The notes under the pieces: generated by a model
The model's database searches: none
Told to the model about the DNA's origin: nothing
Seen by the model: only the letters and a program-made list of their open reading frames with translations
Position numbers and translations under genes: made by a program
Virus record (IMG/VR): IMGVR_UViG_3300032227_001252
Length of the DNA stretch: 51,965 nucleotides
DNA from: an uncultured virus (IMG/VR IMGVR_UViG_3300032227_001252)
Lineage: Duplodnaviria > Heunggongvirae > Uroviricota > Caudoviricetes
Strand: one strand, 5' to 3'
Part shown: piece after piece, positions 1 to 8,625 of the stretch
How positions within the stretch are numbered: the stretch's first letter is position 1
Layout: the number at the start of each line of letters is the position of its first letter

Positions 1-93
1 CGAGGGGTACATCACCTGTGCAGGGTACGTCGCGAGGGGAACGCCCCCGCGCTGGAAGTACCCGGTGCTGTAGAAGACTGCCCGGCTGGCCAT
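1..93 (-). CDS. hypothetical protein, partial (runs off the window edge)
   Basis: ATG overlaps the TAA of the upstream gene (TAATG); 31 open codons MASRAVFYSTGYFQRGG... Confidence 0.5.
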   Translation of the reverse strand, partial: MASRAVFYSTGYFQRGGVPLATYPAQVMYPS

Positions 94-347
94 TACCCCT
101 CCTTCGTCGCCGCTCGGAAGCGGCGCACCTGGTACTGCATGTAGGAGGACGCCTGATTCAGACGGTCGTTCGCAGTCGCGATCTGGTAGTGAACCCACTG
201 CGGCAGGTCGTCGTTGTCCTCGAGAGCTTCCGCGAGTGCGGCTGCATTCTTCGCCATCTGCTCAAGGTACTGCTTCGCCATCCGGCCCTGGAGCGAGTTG
301 CTCTTGGTCGGGCCGTAGTCGAAGTGGCGTCCTGTCTGGAACTTCAT
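93..347 (-). CDS. phage hypothetical protein (GRMAK...D.DLP.WV..I..A type, possibly virion-associated)
   Basis: ATG at 347 with GAGG upstream and downstream of the shared promoter-like motif; motif pattern recalled from large-phage proteins. Confidence 0.65.
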   Translation of the reverse strand: MKFQTGRHFDYGPTKSNSLQGRMAKQYLEQMAKNAAALAEALEDNDDLPQWVHYQIATANDRLNQASSYMQYQVRRFRAATKEG

Positions 348-367
348 GGGGGCAGCCTCACCCACGG

Positions 368-408
368 AGAGTAGCCGCACCTGACCTACGGGGGCTGCTT
401 CGAAGTGC
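368..408 (-). promoter_or_regulatory. putative phage promoter copy 1 (GCACTTC-N27-CTACTCT)
   Basis: Matches three other intergenic copies at the same spacing. Confidence 0.5.
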
Positions 409-409
409 T

Positions 410-754
410 CTACGCCCGCTTGATGGAGAACTCGATGCGGCCATCATCCCACGCGTTGAGGACCTCGAGGTACGCGCGACCGTGCGTGGAGAGATCCGAC
501 TCGACCGCTGCGAGAGCTTCGTCGAGGGAACTGAAGGACTGGCGCCCGACGTAGATGTCTGCATCGTGGGGAGTCATCCGCTTGATCTTGTCCCTGGCGC
601 CCGCCCACGCGAACAACTGAGGTTCTTCAGGGACATCCCATGTCGGAGTCTCGTCGGGGCCCGCACCCATGCGCTGTTCGACCCCAACCACCACGAAGGT
701 GTTCGGCGTTAGAGCCGGATTGCGCCGCAGCACGGTGGGGAGGGGCAGCGCCAT
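410..754 (-). CDS. hypothetical protein with N-terminal RRNP leader
   Basis: MALPLPTVLRRNP...; tight spacing with neighbours. Confidence 0.8.
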   Translation of the reverse strand: MALPLPTVLRRNPALTPNTFVVVGVEQRMGAGPDETPTWDVPEEPQLFAWAGARDKIKRMTPHDADIYVGRQSFSSLDEALAAVESDLSTHGRAYLEVLNAWDDGRIEFSIKRA

Positions 755-760
755 GGTTCC

Positions 761-1063
761 TCAGCGGAGCAGGGTCGGTTCGGAGAGCGACGTGTTCCCC
801 AGACCCGCACTCCGGCCGTTGGAGAACAGGCGCTTCACTTCGGATGCCGGGAGGACTCCCTGCTTGTATGTGACAGGCCGCCCATCCGTGATCAGCGTGG
901 CTGATCCGTCAGCGTTCATCACGAACGTCAGGTAGAAGTAGGTGTTGGACTGGCCCATGTCAGAGAGAGAAATGTAGGACGACAACGCCTGAAACTTCTG
1001 ACCCGGAGCAGGGAAGTGCATCGCGGGGTTGCGGCGCAGGACGGTGAGGAGACGTAGTGCCAT
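761..1063 (-). CDS. hypothetical protein with N-terminal RRNP leader
   Basis: MALRLLTVLRRNP..., leader nearly identical to the adjacent gene. Confidence 0.8.
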   Translation of the reverse strand: MALRLLTVLRRNPAMHFPAPGQKFQALSSYISLSDMGQSNTYFYLTFVMNADGSATLITDGRPVTYKQGVLPASEVKRLFSNGRSAGLGNTSLSEPTLLR

Positions 1064-1068
1064 GGGGC

Positions 1069-2670
1069 CTATTCCTGTGGCTGGATGAAGACAGAGTAGA
1101 GGCCCGGGCGCGGCTTATTGCGGGCCTCGAGCACATCCAGAGCGGCGTTGACCCGCTTCGCCTTCGCGATCGAGGCCGGGGTGTTCCGGGGCTTCGCGTA
1201 CTTCTCCCGGAGGAAGCGGTACTCCGGGTCCGAGCCCGGAGGCGCGGAGTCACGGAGCACCTTCCACTGCTCGAAGTTCATGAGGCTGTTCAGCGCTTCT
1301 GCGACTACACGACCTGCGGCATGTTCCGCATCTCGCGACGGCCTTTCAAAGAGTGCGGACACGGCCTTGTACAACTCCGAGGCGTAGTGGGCCTCTTCGA
1401 GACTACGAGCAGCCTTGAACTCGAGCGGCTGCCCGGCGTTGTCCGTCAAGTTGAGGCTCTTCATGAAGGCGTTGTCGTGGCTGTGTTCCAGCGGACTGTG
1501 GCTTGCATACCCGGCGATGCTTCCTCTCCACGACAGAACACTCTCCAGAGGCCCCACCTTGCTGTAGTACGCTTTCACGAACTGCCCGAAGACAGTGACG
1601 ATAGAGTCGGCGGTTCCTTCGAGGATCACACCCCAGATGCGGCGCGTGTTCTGGACCATCATGTTCAGGGTGTATCCGGGACCATAGTCGTCGAAGACGA
1701 TGGGCTTCCCGTCCATCATCAGAGGCGTGTTCGGGTTGTACACATCGTCCGTGCTGAGGCAGAACTTGGCGAACGCTTCTGCGAGCGCCTGCTCTGGGTC
1801 TGCAATGGCACCAAGACGCCCCGATGCCGTGTTCAGCCCCGAGGACAACAGCGCCTGCATGTACTGCATGACAGAGCGGCTGATCTCGGCGTGTCGGCGG
1901 CCCTTCGGCCCCATGTGCTCGTCGATCTTCTCGGCGCACCGCATGACCATCTGCACAGCAGTCCCGAAGTTGTCCTGCATCACGGGCGGCAAGCACGGCA
2001 GGAAGGCGATGTCGCCACGGCCAATCCCGACCGGGTTCACCCACAGTTTCCCGTCCCGTTCCTCGCCAGGCTGCGAGATGAACTCGCACAGGCGGTGGAG
2101 GCAGTTGAAGAGCGTGTGGGGCGTCTCGCGGTTTGAGTCTCCGGGCTTGGGAGCACGATCTCCAGTCCGACCGTAGACGTACTCCAGCAGGCCTACAGAC
2201 TGTGTCTGTGCCGCGAGCGTGCTCGCGAAGGCCGAGTTTGCGGAGTGCTCTTGAGGCCGGGGCGGCACGCCTGGCCGAATGATCAAGGAGAGAGGCAGAG
2301 GCAGCTTACCCTTCGCCGTCAACACGCGGTCGGACACGGCCAGGCTAGCACGGAACTTCTCTTCCGCATCTGCCTTCAGCATCGGGCCGTAATAGTAGTC
2401 GCCTGAGCCTACGCTCCCCTCGTACCGTCTGTCCCAACCCGACAACGGGTTGTTGTACGCGGACAGGCGTGACTGACGGACCCACTCTGACTCAACCCAC
2501 CGCATCCCGTTGGCCACGCTCTGCCAGTCGGGAGCGGTGTGGAACTGGTAGCCGTTGCCGAGAAGCTCGATGGTCACGTACTCAGGAGTGACATCCACCA
2601 CTTTGTAAGTGTTTCTGTTGATCCTGTACTCCGCGCCCAAGGACACAGGTCCAGAGATGTTACGTCCCAT
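1069..2670 (-). CDS. large hypothetical protein (~533 aa)
   Basis: Long ORF; ATG at 2670 lies just after the upstream stop at 2675. Confidence 0.8.
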   Translation of the reverse strand: MGRNISGPVSLGAEYRINRNTYKVVDVTPEYVTIELLGNGYQFHTAPDWQSVANGMRWVESEWVRQSRLSAYNNPLSGWDRRYEGSVGSGDYYYGPMLKADAEEKFRASLAVSDRVLTAKGKLPLPLSLIIRPGVPPRPQEHSANSAFASTLAAQTQSVGLLEYVYGRTGDRAPKPGDSNRETPHTLFNCLHRLCEFISQPGEERDGKLWVNPVGIGRGDIAFLPCLPPVMQDNFGTAVQMVMRCAEKIDEHMGPKGRRHAEISRSVMQYMQALLSSGLNTASGRLGAIADPEQALAEAFAKFCLSTDDVYNPNTPLMMDGKPIVFDDYGPGYTLNMMVQNTRRIWGVILEGTADSIVTVFGQFVKAYYSKVGPLESVLSWRGSIAGYASHSPLEHSHDNAFMKSLNLTDNAGQPLEFKAARSLEEAHYASELYKAVSALFERPSRDAEHAAGRVVAEALNSLMNFEQWKVLRDSAPPGSDPEYRFLREKYAKPRNTPASIAKAKRVNAALDVLEARNKPRPGLYSVFIQPQE

Positions 2671-2674
2671 TGCA

Positions 2675-3418
2675 TCAGACCCAGAGCTTCGTGATGTTGC
2701 GGGCAACAGACTCAACGCCACGAGGGCCGTTCGTCTGGAGCTGAAGCTGCATGCTACGAACGAGCGCCATCGTGTCGAAGTCGCCCATCTTCGTTGCTTC
2801 AGCCCCGAGCTTCTTCACCCACTCGGCAACCTCCGGGTGGATGGTGCTCTTGTTCTTCACCATCTTCGCCTGCAGCTCGCGGACCTTCCCGCGATAGGCC
2901 GAAGTGTCTTCGTCGGACGGGATCGCTACGCCGTACGCCTTCGCGAAGTCGTGCCAGTCCCCGGTGTAGCGGATGCCTTCACGGTTCTTGGGGTTGGACT
3001 TGACCCCCTCGATGCGGATCCACCGAATAGACTCGGGGGTGTGAAGCGACTCGAAGCCGTCGTACTCCCGGATCTCGTACACACCGCCAGGAACAGGGAT
3101 GACTCGAGGCGGCTCGTACCACAAGGCCGGACGGTTCTCTGCCAGCCACACCAGCGCCGGGAGGTGCCGCGGGGTTTCGTGCATCGCATAGTCATACCCC
3201 GTCATCTCCCTGAAGGCGCGCTGACCGGCAGGCGTCAACTGCGGAGCAGAGTAGTACTTCGGGCCGATTACGACCTTGAGCGGCTGCGGGAGGTCGTCGT
3301 TTTGCGGAGGGCGGCCCGCGCTGCTCGAGATCTCGTCCACCTGCTCGCGGATGGCGGCACGTCGGCCCATGTGGGGTTTGGGGTTCATCAGCGCACGACG
3401 AAGGGGGCGACCGGCCAT
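2675..3418 (-). CDS. NP-leader protein with an EYDG-type phage domain
   Basis: MAGRPLRRALMNP leader; RHLPALV...YEIREYDGFES resembles 14723-15070. Confidence 0.8.
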   Translation of the reverse strand: MAGRPLRRALMNPKPHMGRRAAIREQVDEISSSAGRPPQNDDLPQPLKVVIGPKYYSAPQLTPAGQRAFREMTGYDYAMHETPRHLPALVWLAENRPALWYEPPRVIPVPGGVYEIREYDGFESLHTPESIRWIRIEGVKSNPKNREGIRYTGDWHDFAKAYGVAIPSDEDTSAYRGKVRELQAKMVKNKSTIHPEVAEWVKKLGAEATKMGDFDTMALVRSMQLQLQTNGPRGVESVARNITKLWV

Positions 3419-3436
3419 GGAGCAGTCCTCGTCGCC

Positions 3437-3477
3437 AGACTACTCCTCTGGCGTCCGGTTGAGCAGGCGAGGAGTGC
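3437..3477 (-). promoter_or_regulatory. putative phage promoter copy 2 (GCACTCC-N27-GTAGTCT)
   Basis: Shared bipartite motif upstream of the ATG at 3418. Confidence 0.6.
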
Positions 3478-3959
3478 TACCCTACGAGGCGGGCTCCGGC
3501 CTTCACAGGATCGAAGCCTGCGGGCCAGGAGGTGTAGGCGTCGTAGGTGGCGCCCTTGAAGTCAGCCCCGCTCAGGTTCGCGTTCCTGAATCGCGCCTCA
3601 CGGACAACGGCGTTAGTGAACTTCGCGCCCGCGAGGTTGCAACCGGAGAGGTCTGCGTCGCTCAGATCGGAGCGAGACAGGTCGGCACCCTGCAGGTCTG
3701 CCCCTCCGAGAAGGGTGCCCACCAGGTATGAGCCGCTCAGATCAGCCCCCTTCAGGTCCGCGTCCCAGAGCTGCGCGGAAGGGATGTAGTACCGGAACCG
3801 GTTCACGAACTGGGCTGCTTCCGCCTGCGAGAAGCCGCGGTGGGCTTGTACAGCCATCACACGGGCCTTCTCGATCTCAGACGCCGGCTCGATGATGCTC
3901 TTCCAGTCGCTTGAAGGGTTCATGCGAACGCGGACGGACGGGATGCGAAGACTGCTCAT
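3477..3959 (-). CDS. pentapeptide repeat protein with NP leader
   Basis: ADLKG/ADLSG/ADLQG/ANLSG repeats ending in ATYDAYTSWPAGFDP; leader MSSLRIPSVRVRMNP. Confidence 0.9.
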   Translation of the reverse strand: MSSLRIPSVRVRMNPSSDWKSIIEPASEIEKARVMAVQAHRGFSQAEAAQFVNRFRYYIPSAQLWDADLKGADLSGSYLVGTLLGGADLQGADLSRSDLSDADLSGCNLAGAKFTNAVVREARFRNANLSGADFKGATYDAYTSWPAGFDPVKAGARLVG

Positions 3960-3975
3960 GACTACCTCTCCGGGG

Positions 3976-4015
3976 AGACTACCTTCCGACGACCGACCGT
4001 GCGGAGGCGGAGTGC
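3976..4015 (-). promoter_or_regulatory. putative phage promoter copy 3 (GCACTCC-N26-GTAGTCT)
   Basis: Shared motif, followed by GGAGAGG RBS and ATG. Confidence 0.6.
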
Positions 4016-4017
4016 CA

Positions 4018-4692
4018 TCACATCAACTGGTACCAAGCCCCTATGCGCTGAAGCACCTTCACGTCAGCCGGGTCGATGGCGAACAGCAGCCTACCGTCGT
4101 GGTAGAGGCCTTTCTCGCCCAGCTCCAAGTCCCGCGTCCTGATCTGGCCGCCGCTCGCCGGGCTTCCGAAGAAGTTGGCGTAGAAGCCCAGAAGCACGGG
4201 CTTGTACTCGGAAGTGAGGTTTGGCACGCCGAGCAGAAGGAACCCGTCCACAGGCTCGTAGTCGAAGTACGGGGTTCGCGGGAGCCAAGAGAGATCGCCG
4301 GTGTACCGCGCCTTCACGAACTGGTACGAAGCCTTTGAGCTGACGTAGTAGTTCTTCCCGCCCTGGTCCCGAGGCAGGAGATCTTTCGCGACCAACGGAG
4401 CGTAAGCTGGTGGGATGGCCACGAACGTGGGCGCGGGCGGCGCCACATCCTGATACCAAGATGCAGACGAAGACTGCGCCCGAGGGGGCGGAGGCGGCGT
4501 GTACCGCGTCGTCGGCTTCCCTGCAGCGCGGAGTTCAGCCTCCATGCGTGCGATCAACCGCAGGGCCGTCTGCCTCTCGTTGTCAGAGGCACCGCTGTTG
4601 GCCGCTGCCATGCGCCGGAGATGATCTAGGCGCTCGTAGGGGTCCGCGGGGTTGAGCCGAACAGAGAGCCGCGGCGGAATCAGAACGCCCAT
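4018..4692 (-). CDS. NP-leader hypothetical protein (DUF2786-like N-terminal helix hairpin)
   Basis: MGVLIPPRLSVRLNP leader, then RLDHLRRMAAANSGASDNERQTA. Confidence 0.75.
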   Translation of the reverse strand: MGVLIPPRLSVRLNPADPYERLDHLRRMAAANSGASDNERQTALRLIARMEAELRAAGKPTTRYTPPPPPRAQSSSASWYQDVAPPAPTFVAIPPAYAPLVAKDLLPRDQGGKNYYVSSKASYQFVKARYTGDLSWLPRTPYFDYEPVDGFLLLGVPNLTSEYKPVLLGFYANFFGSPASGGQIRTRDLELGEKGLYHDGRLLFAIDPADVKVLQRIGAWYQLM

Positions 4693-4709
4693 GAGTACCT
4701 CTGCAGGGC

Positions 4710-4749
4710 ATACTACCCGGCTCTTATCCCTCGCAGCCCTCCGGAGTGC
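4710..4749 (-). promoter_or_regulatory. putative phage promoter copy 4 (GCACTCC-N26-GTAGTAT)
   Basis: Shared motif, followed by GAGG RBS and ATG at 4692. Confidence 0.6.
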
Positions 4750-4755
4750 TACCGG

Positions 4756-4992
4756 TCAGTCTCGGAGCGACTGGATCCGCGACACGAGACCGAGGGTGTG
4801 CTTCGCCCACTCCTCGAGTTCAACGCCGAACTCGGGGTCGTGCTGGCGGGCGAAGATGAGGGCTTCGGTGATCGCCTTGAGACTGGCCTGAGGCGGCTCG
4901 GAGAGGCGCGGGTCCGCCATCTTCGCCAGGTGGTTGATCGCCGCGAAGAGGGTGAGCTTGCGGACGCTGGCGGGGGACGGGTTCTGGTTCAC
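4756..4992 (-). CDS. small helical hypothetical protein
   Basis: GTG start with GGAG upstream; MNQNPSPASVRKLTLF... Confidence 0.65.
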   Translation of the reverse strand: MNQNPSPASVRKLTLFAAINHLAKMADPRLSEPPQASLKAITEALIFARQHDPEFGVELEEWAKHTLGLVSRIQSLRD

Positions 4993-5163
4993 GGAGTCTC
5001 CGAAGGAGCAAGGATGCTCGGCGCGGGTTCGATAACCGACCCCTCGACCGTGTCGCGGCGCAACTCCTCGGGAAGCGTGCTCATGGGGCTGGACAACTGC
5101 TCTCCGAGGGCGCATGTAGGGTAACGCCGCGAGAGTAGAGGCGCACGTCGAAAAGGGACGTGC

Positions 5164-6423
5164 TTGTCAACCGTCAAGCGGATACTTCTCGCCACGTCCT
5201 GCCCTGCCCCTGCCCCACCCTGCTCCCTGGAAACCCCTGCCGTGCTAACCGAAGCTGATGCTGCACGGGCGCTGCCACCGCCCGGCTTTATCCAGACCTA
5301 CGTCGTCCATGCGGCGCGTCAAACGACTGCGCCCTTGGCCTACCACCTCGGAGTTGGCCTCTCCGCTCTCGCCGCAACCTGTCCTCTCGCGTACGGCATG
5401 TACTTCGCGGGCGGCCCCTTGAGGGCGAACCTCTTCACCCTGCTCATCGGCCGTTCAGGCGAGGACCAGAAGTCCACCGCCGTCAACATCGGCCGGGACA
5501 TCCTCTTCGCAGCCGCGCCGCTGCTCGTAGGAGACTTTCCCGGTTCGGCAGAAGGCCTCGTCGAGAGCCTGGCGCGGCAGTCCACGCAGCTCGTTCCCGT
5601 CTCGGAGTTCGGCAAGCTGCTCGCCGCGGCTCAGCGCGGGTACTTCGAGCCGATCAAGACGCTGCTGACTGACCTCTGGGACGCGGGTCCTGTACAGCGG
5701 GCGAAGGCCAACAACAAGATGATCCGCGTGGACAACCCGCGGCTCTCGGTCATGGGCGGCTGCTCGATCCCCTACCTCGAGAAGCACACCCTCGCGGAGG
5801 ACTGGACGGGCGGCTTCATGGGCCGCTGGTGCGTCCTGTACGGTCGCCGCGAGCGGACGGACGCTCTCCCGGTCGGCGACAACACCTTGCGGCAGCCGCT
5901 GATCGACTTCCTGCAGCAGCGCGCGACCACGCAGACTGCCGGCTGGTGCACGGGTCTCGACACTCAGGCGGAGTACTTCTGGCGCGAGTGGTTCGCCGAC
6001 ATCTCGAACCGCCAGCTCCCCAACAACATCGTCGGCATCCGTGCACGCGCTCCGACGATGGCACTCAAGGTCGGTCTCCTCTACGGGTGGGACTACGGCC
6101 CCGCCATCCACGGTCAGCCCTGGCAGATGTCTCTGCGGGAGCTCGAGCCCGCGGTGAAGTTCGCCGAACTGCACGTCAAGAGCCTCGTCTCGCTCTCCCG
6201 CATGATCGCGGAGCACCCGGACGCTCGCCTCCGCCGCTCCGTGATCGACTGCATCCGTGAGCTCGGGGGCGATGCGACTCTCGGCGAGATCCTCCTCACC
6301 ATGAAGATGCGCAAGCGCCCCGTCAGCGAGATGCTCGATGCCCTGGCCGAAGAGGGCACCATCGTGCGTGCCCAGACTGGCGAGGGGCTCAAGTTCCGCC
6401 TGAGCCACCCGAACGCGTTCTAG
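5164..6423 (+). CDS. DUF3987/YfjI-like P-loop (helicase-like) protein with C-terminal wHTH
   Basis: IGRSGEDQKSTA (Walker A-like), SEFGKLL, LTDLWD, PRLSVMGG, GGFMGRW; start uncertain. Confidence 0.75.
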   Translation: MSTVKRILLATSCPAPAPPCSLETPAVLTEADAARALPPPGFIQTYVVHAARQTTAPLAYHLGVGLSALAATCPLAYGMYFAGGPLRANLFTLLIGRSGEDQKSTAVNIGRDILFAAAPLLVGDFPGSAEGLVESLARQSTQLVPVSEFGKLLAAAQRGYFEPIKTLLTDLWDAGPVQRAKANNKMIRVDNPRLSVMGGCSIPYLEKHTLAEDWTGGFMGRWCVLYGRRERTDALPVGDNTLRQPLIDFLQQRATTQTAGWCTGLDTQAEYFWREWFADISNRQLPNNIVGIRARAPTMALKVGLLYGWDYGPAIHGQPWQMSLRELEPAVKFAELHVKSLVSLSRMIAEHPDARLRRSVIDCIRELGGDATLGEILLTMKMRKRPVSEMLDALAEEGTIVRAQTGEGLKFRLSHPNAF

Positions 6424-7322
6424 ACCTGCCGCTGCTGCGCGATGAACGCCAGCAGTTGAGCCGTCGACATGGGCTGATCCTCCTCTGCGCTCTGGATCGC
6501 GAAGCGGCTTTGGTTGTAGACCGGAGCCTCTGCTTTCACGGGCAGGGGTTCGGGCGTAGGCTGCGGCACCACGAGCGCGGGGTGTGCAGCGGCCTGCTCG
6601 CGACCGGACATAAGCGCAGAGACCTCACGATTCAGGTCGAACACCTCGTCCTCCTCCTCGCAGCCCTGATGCTCCTTCAGAATGTCCAGTCGGGAGGTAT
6701 CGACCGCCTTGTCGGCCAGGCGCCTGAGCGCGATGCCTGGTGCGGGGTTGTTCCCGCCCGCCTCCGACGGGATGAGGGGCTGAGTACGGAGCGGAGTCCC
6801 AGACTTAGGATCCGCCCACAGGAGCAGGGGCTCGATGAAGCGCTTCGGGATGAGGGCTCCGGTGATCTTGCCTTCGCGCACGTTGAGGTAGACGGCGGGC
6901 TTCCCCTTAGACTCCACAACGCTCACCGAGCGCCAGGTCGCAGCCGAGAGCATCGTGGCGCTCACCTTGGCCTCGTTGATCATGGCCGCGATCGCGACCT
7001 GCACAGCAGGAGGAGGAGTGAACTCCGCCGCCACGGCCTTCACGGCGGAGGGCGCGAGCCTGCCCATCTCGGGGAGTTCCTGCCCCAAGGCGGTCTTGAT
7101 GAAGCCGCGGAAATACCCCCACGCACTCTTGACCGTTGAGCGCGAGCCGACACCTACGGAGGAGTACAGGAAGTCCGTCAGGCTTGCCTCCGTGAGCGCG
7201 GGGAGGGTCCGCAGGATCCGCCTCACATGAGAGCAGTAGGTCTTGTTCGTTCCCTCCCCGACCCCCTGCGAGGTGAGGTAGTTCGAGAAGTCGTCGAGGT
7301 CGTTGAGTTTCGGGCGGGCCAT
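6420..7322 (-). CDS. integrase/tyrosine-recombinase-like protein, N-terminal SAM-like domain, catalytic residues not evident
   Basis: FSNYLTSQGVGEGTNKTYCSHVRRIL; VREGK...LIP segment; no HxLRH or catalytic Tyr box. Confidence 0.6.
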   Translation of the reverse strand: MARPKLNDLDDFSNYLTSQGVGEGTNKTYCSHVRRILRTLPALTEASLTDFLYSSVGVGSRSTVKSAWGYFRGFIKTALGQELPEMGRLAPSAVKAVAAEFTPPPAVQVAIAAMINEAKVSATMLSAATWRSVSVVESKGKPAVYLNVREGKITGALIPKRFIEPLLLWADPKSGTPLRTQPLIPSEAGGNNPAPGIALRRLADKAVDTSRLDILKEHQGCEEEDEVFDLNREVSALMSGREQAAAHPALVVPQPTPEPLPVKAEAPVYNQSRFAIQSAEEDQPMSTAQLLAFIAQQRQV

Positions 7323-7650
7323 GGCGAGGTTCCTTGTTCTTTGAGAGTTATCCAGTCGGTAAGCATACCAGCGTACGCTCTATACTATGTGTGGGAATAG
7401 GCTGTAGTAGCACATTGAAGTTCTTCACGCAAGGGCTTCGTTCCTTGTGCAGTTCGTTGTGCACGTTCCTTATCCACCCTCGTTCTACTAGGCTGCGCGG
7501 AATGGTAGCCTTACCCACACGACAATCAACTCGCATAACTAACCCCCCTTCCCCTGTCAAGGACGTAGGCGGGATGGGCTTCGGCGAGCACAAGTCAGGT
7601 TGCCATCGAGCTTCCCGGGCGCTAACCCCTGCTAGAAGGAGTGAACCCCA
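7323..7650. promoter_or_regulatory. AT-richer divergent intergenic/control region
   Basis: Non-coding gap between divergent genes, visibly lower GC, minus-strand TTGACA at 7555-7560. Confidence 0.45.
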
Positions 7651-8289
7651 ATGGGCGCAGAGAGTTCCTGGACCCGCTACCCGCGGACGAAGACGGCGGT
7701 TCGCGGTGAAAACGGGGACCGGATCACGCTGATGCAGCAGCGCGACCAGTGGATCGCCTTTGTCGGTAAGGAGCAGGTCGTCCTCGACGCGGGAATCGGG
7801 CTCGAGCTGGACGATGCTGTCGACCTCGTTGACCGGATCTACGTCCCCGAGGGCTGGGACTACGACATCGCCGCATCCACTTGGCGTCGTCCTGGATGGT
7901 CGTGCGTGCAGGACGCTCAGGGTGACTGGCGTGTCTACCGCTCGGACGTCCCGGGAGCGCAGGAGGGCGGGGAGGGAGTCCCGGCATCTGCGAAGTCCTT
8001 CAAGTCCGCTGACCGTGCGCGCCGCTGGGCGGAGATCCGCCTTGACCGCACTACGCTGAACTTGCGAGGCCCTCGGCCCCGCGCCACGCAGCGTGCAAAC
8101 ATGACCCTTCCGGACGTGCGGGTCACTGAGGCGGAGCGCGCAGGCGCAGTGGAACTGGCAGCCCGCCTCGGCTTGTCCTACTCCGACCTCGCGCGGGCAG
8201 CTCTTGAACTCGTGCGGCGCGAATGCGTCGAAGGCGGCGCGCTCAAGCTGACGCGCACGGGCTCCAAGGTCGGGTTCAGCGTAGGGTAG
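7651..8289 (+). CDS. DNA-binding protein with C-terminal ribbon-helix-helix (MobC/CopG-like)
   Basis: VRVTEAERAGAVELAARLGLSYSDLARAAL; AAGGAG upstream. Confidence 0.7.
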   Translation: MGAESSWTRYPRTKTAVRGENGDRITLMQQRDQWIAFVGKEQVVLDAGIGLELDDAVDLVDRIYVPEGWDYDIAASTWRRPGWSCVQDAQGDWRVYRSDVPGAQEGGEGVPASAKSFKSADRARRWAEIRLDRTTLNLRGPRPRATQRANMTLPDVRVTEAERAGAVELAARLGLSYSDLARAALELVRRECVEGGALKLTRTGSKVGFSVG

Positions 8290-8330
8290 CCAAAGCCTCG
8301 GACTACATTCGAGCCGCTTACATACAGGAC

Positions 8331-8407
8331 TTATCTCCGGTCTTACTGATCGCGTACACCCGCGCGGAGTGTACACGCGTGTACGCGATGTAACTGACCG
8401 GAGATAA
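8331..8407. repeat. long imperfect palindrome followed by a T-run
   Basis: TTATCTCCGGTC/GACCGGAGATAA and ATCGCGTACAC/GTGTACGCGAT arms; internal 14-bp palindrome GTACACGCGTGTAC at 8371-8384. Confidence 0.85.
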
Positions 8408-8424
8408 TTTTTTTGAGCAGTATC

Positions 8425-8464
8425 CAAAGTTCAGTCCATTTCTAAACTCGATGGACAAACTTTG
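8425..8464. repeat. inverted repeat
   Basis: CAAAGTT..GTCCAT / ATGGAC.AACTTTG. Confidence 0.7.
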
Positions 8465-8470
8465 CTCTGA

Positions 8471-8538
8471 CCGTTTCGGTTTCGGTTTCGGTTTCCGGTT
8501 TCCGGTTTCGGTTTCCGGTTTCCGTTTCGGTTTCCGGT
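8471..8538. repeat. tandem 6-7 bp repeat (C)CG(G)TTT, about 10 units
   Basis: ccgtttcggtttcggtttcggtttccggtttccggtttcggtttccggtttccgtttcggtttccggt. Confidence 0.95.
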
Positions 8539-8544
8539 ATCAGT

Positions 8545-8576
8545 CAACAGTCAGTAGCCTCTGGCTACTGCTGTTG
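8545..8576. repeat. hairpin upstream of the long plus-strand operon
   Basis: CAACAG-T-CAGTAGCC TCT GGCTACTG-CTGTTG. Confidence 0.75.
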
Positions 8577-8625
8577 GGTAGCAAGGTGGTGTCTATCACA
8601 ACCCTCAATGTGACTGGAGCCTGAC

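Noticed and set aside
348..380. GTG start at 380 for the gene ending at 93
   Set aside because: Overlaps the shared promoter-like box; ATG at 347 has a plausible RBS.
5132..5170. Fifth copy of the GCACTCC promoter motif, or a sigma70 promoter
   Set aside because: GCACGTC and CTACTCT are only 18 nt apart, and the nearby TTGACA has no properly spaced -10.
7348..8427. 359-aa minus-strand ORF
   Set aside because: Overlaps the RHH gene antisense plus palindromic and AT-rich non-coding DNA; no protein-like motifs.
8471..8538. CRISPR array
   Set aside because: Units are 6-7 bp with no spacers.
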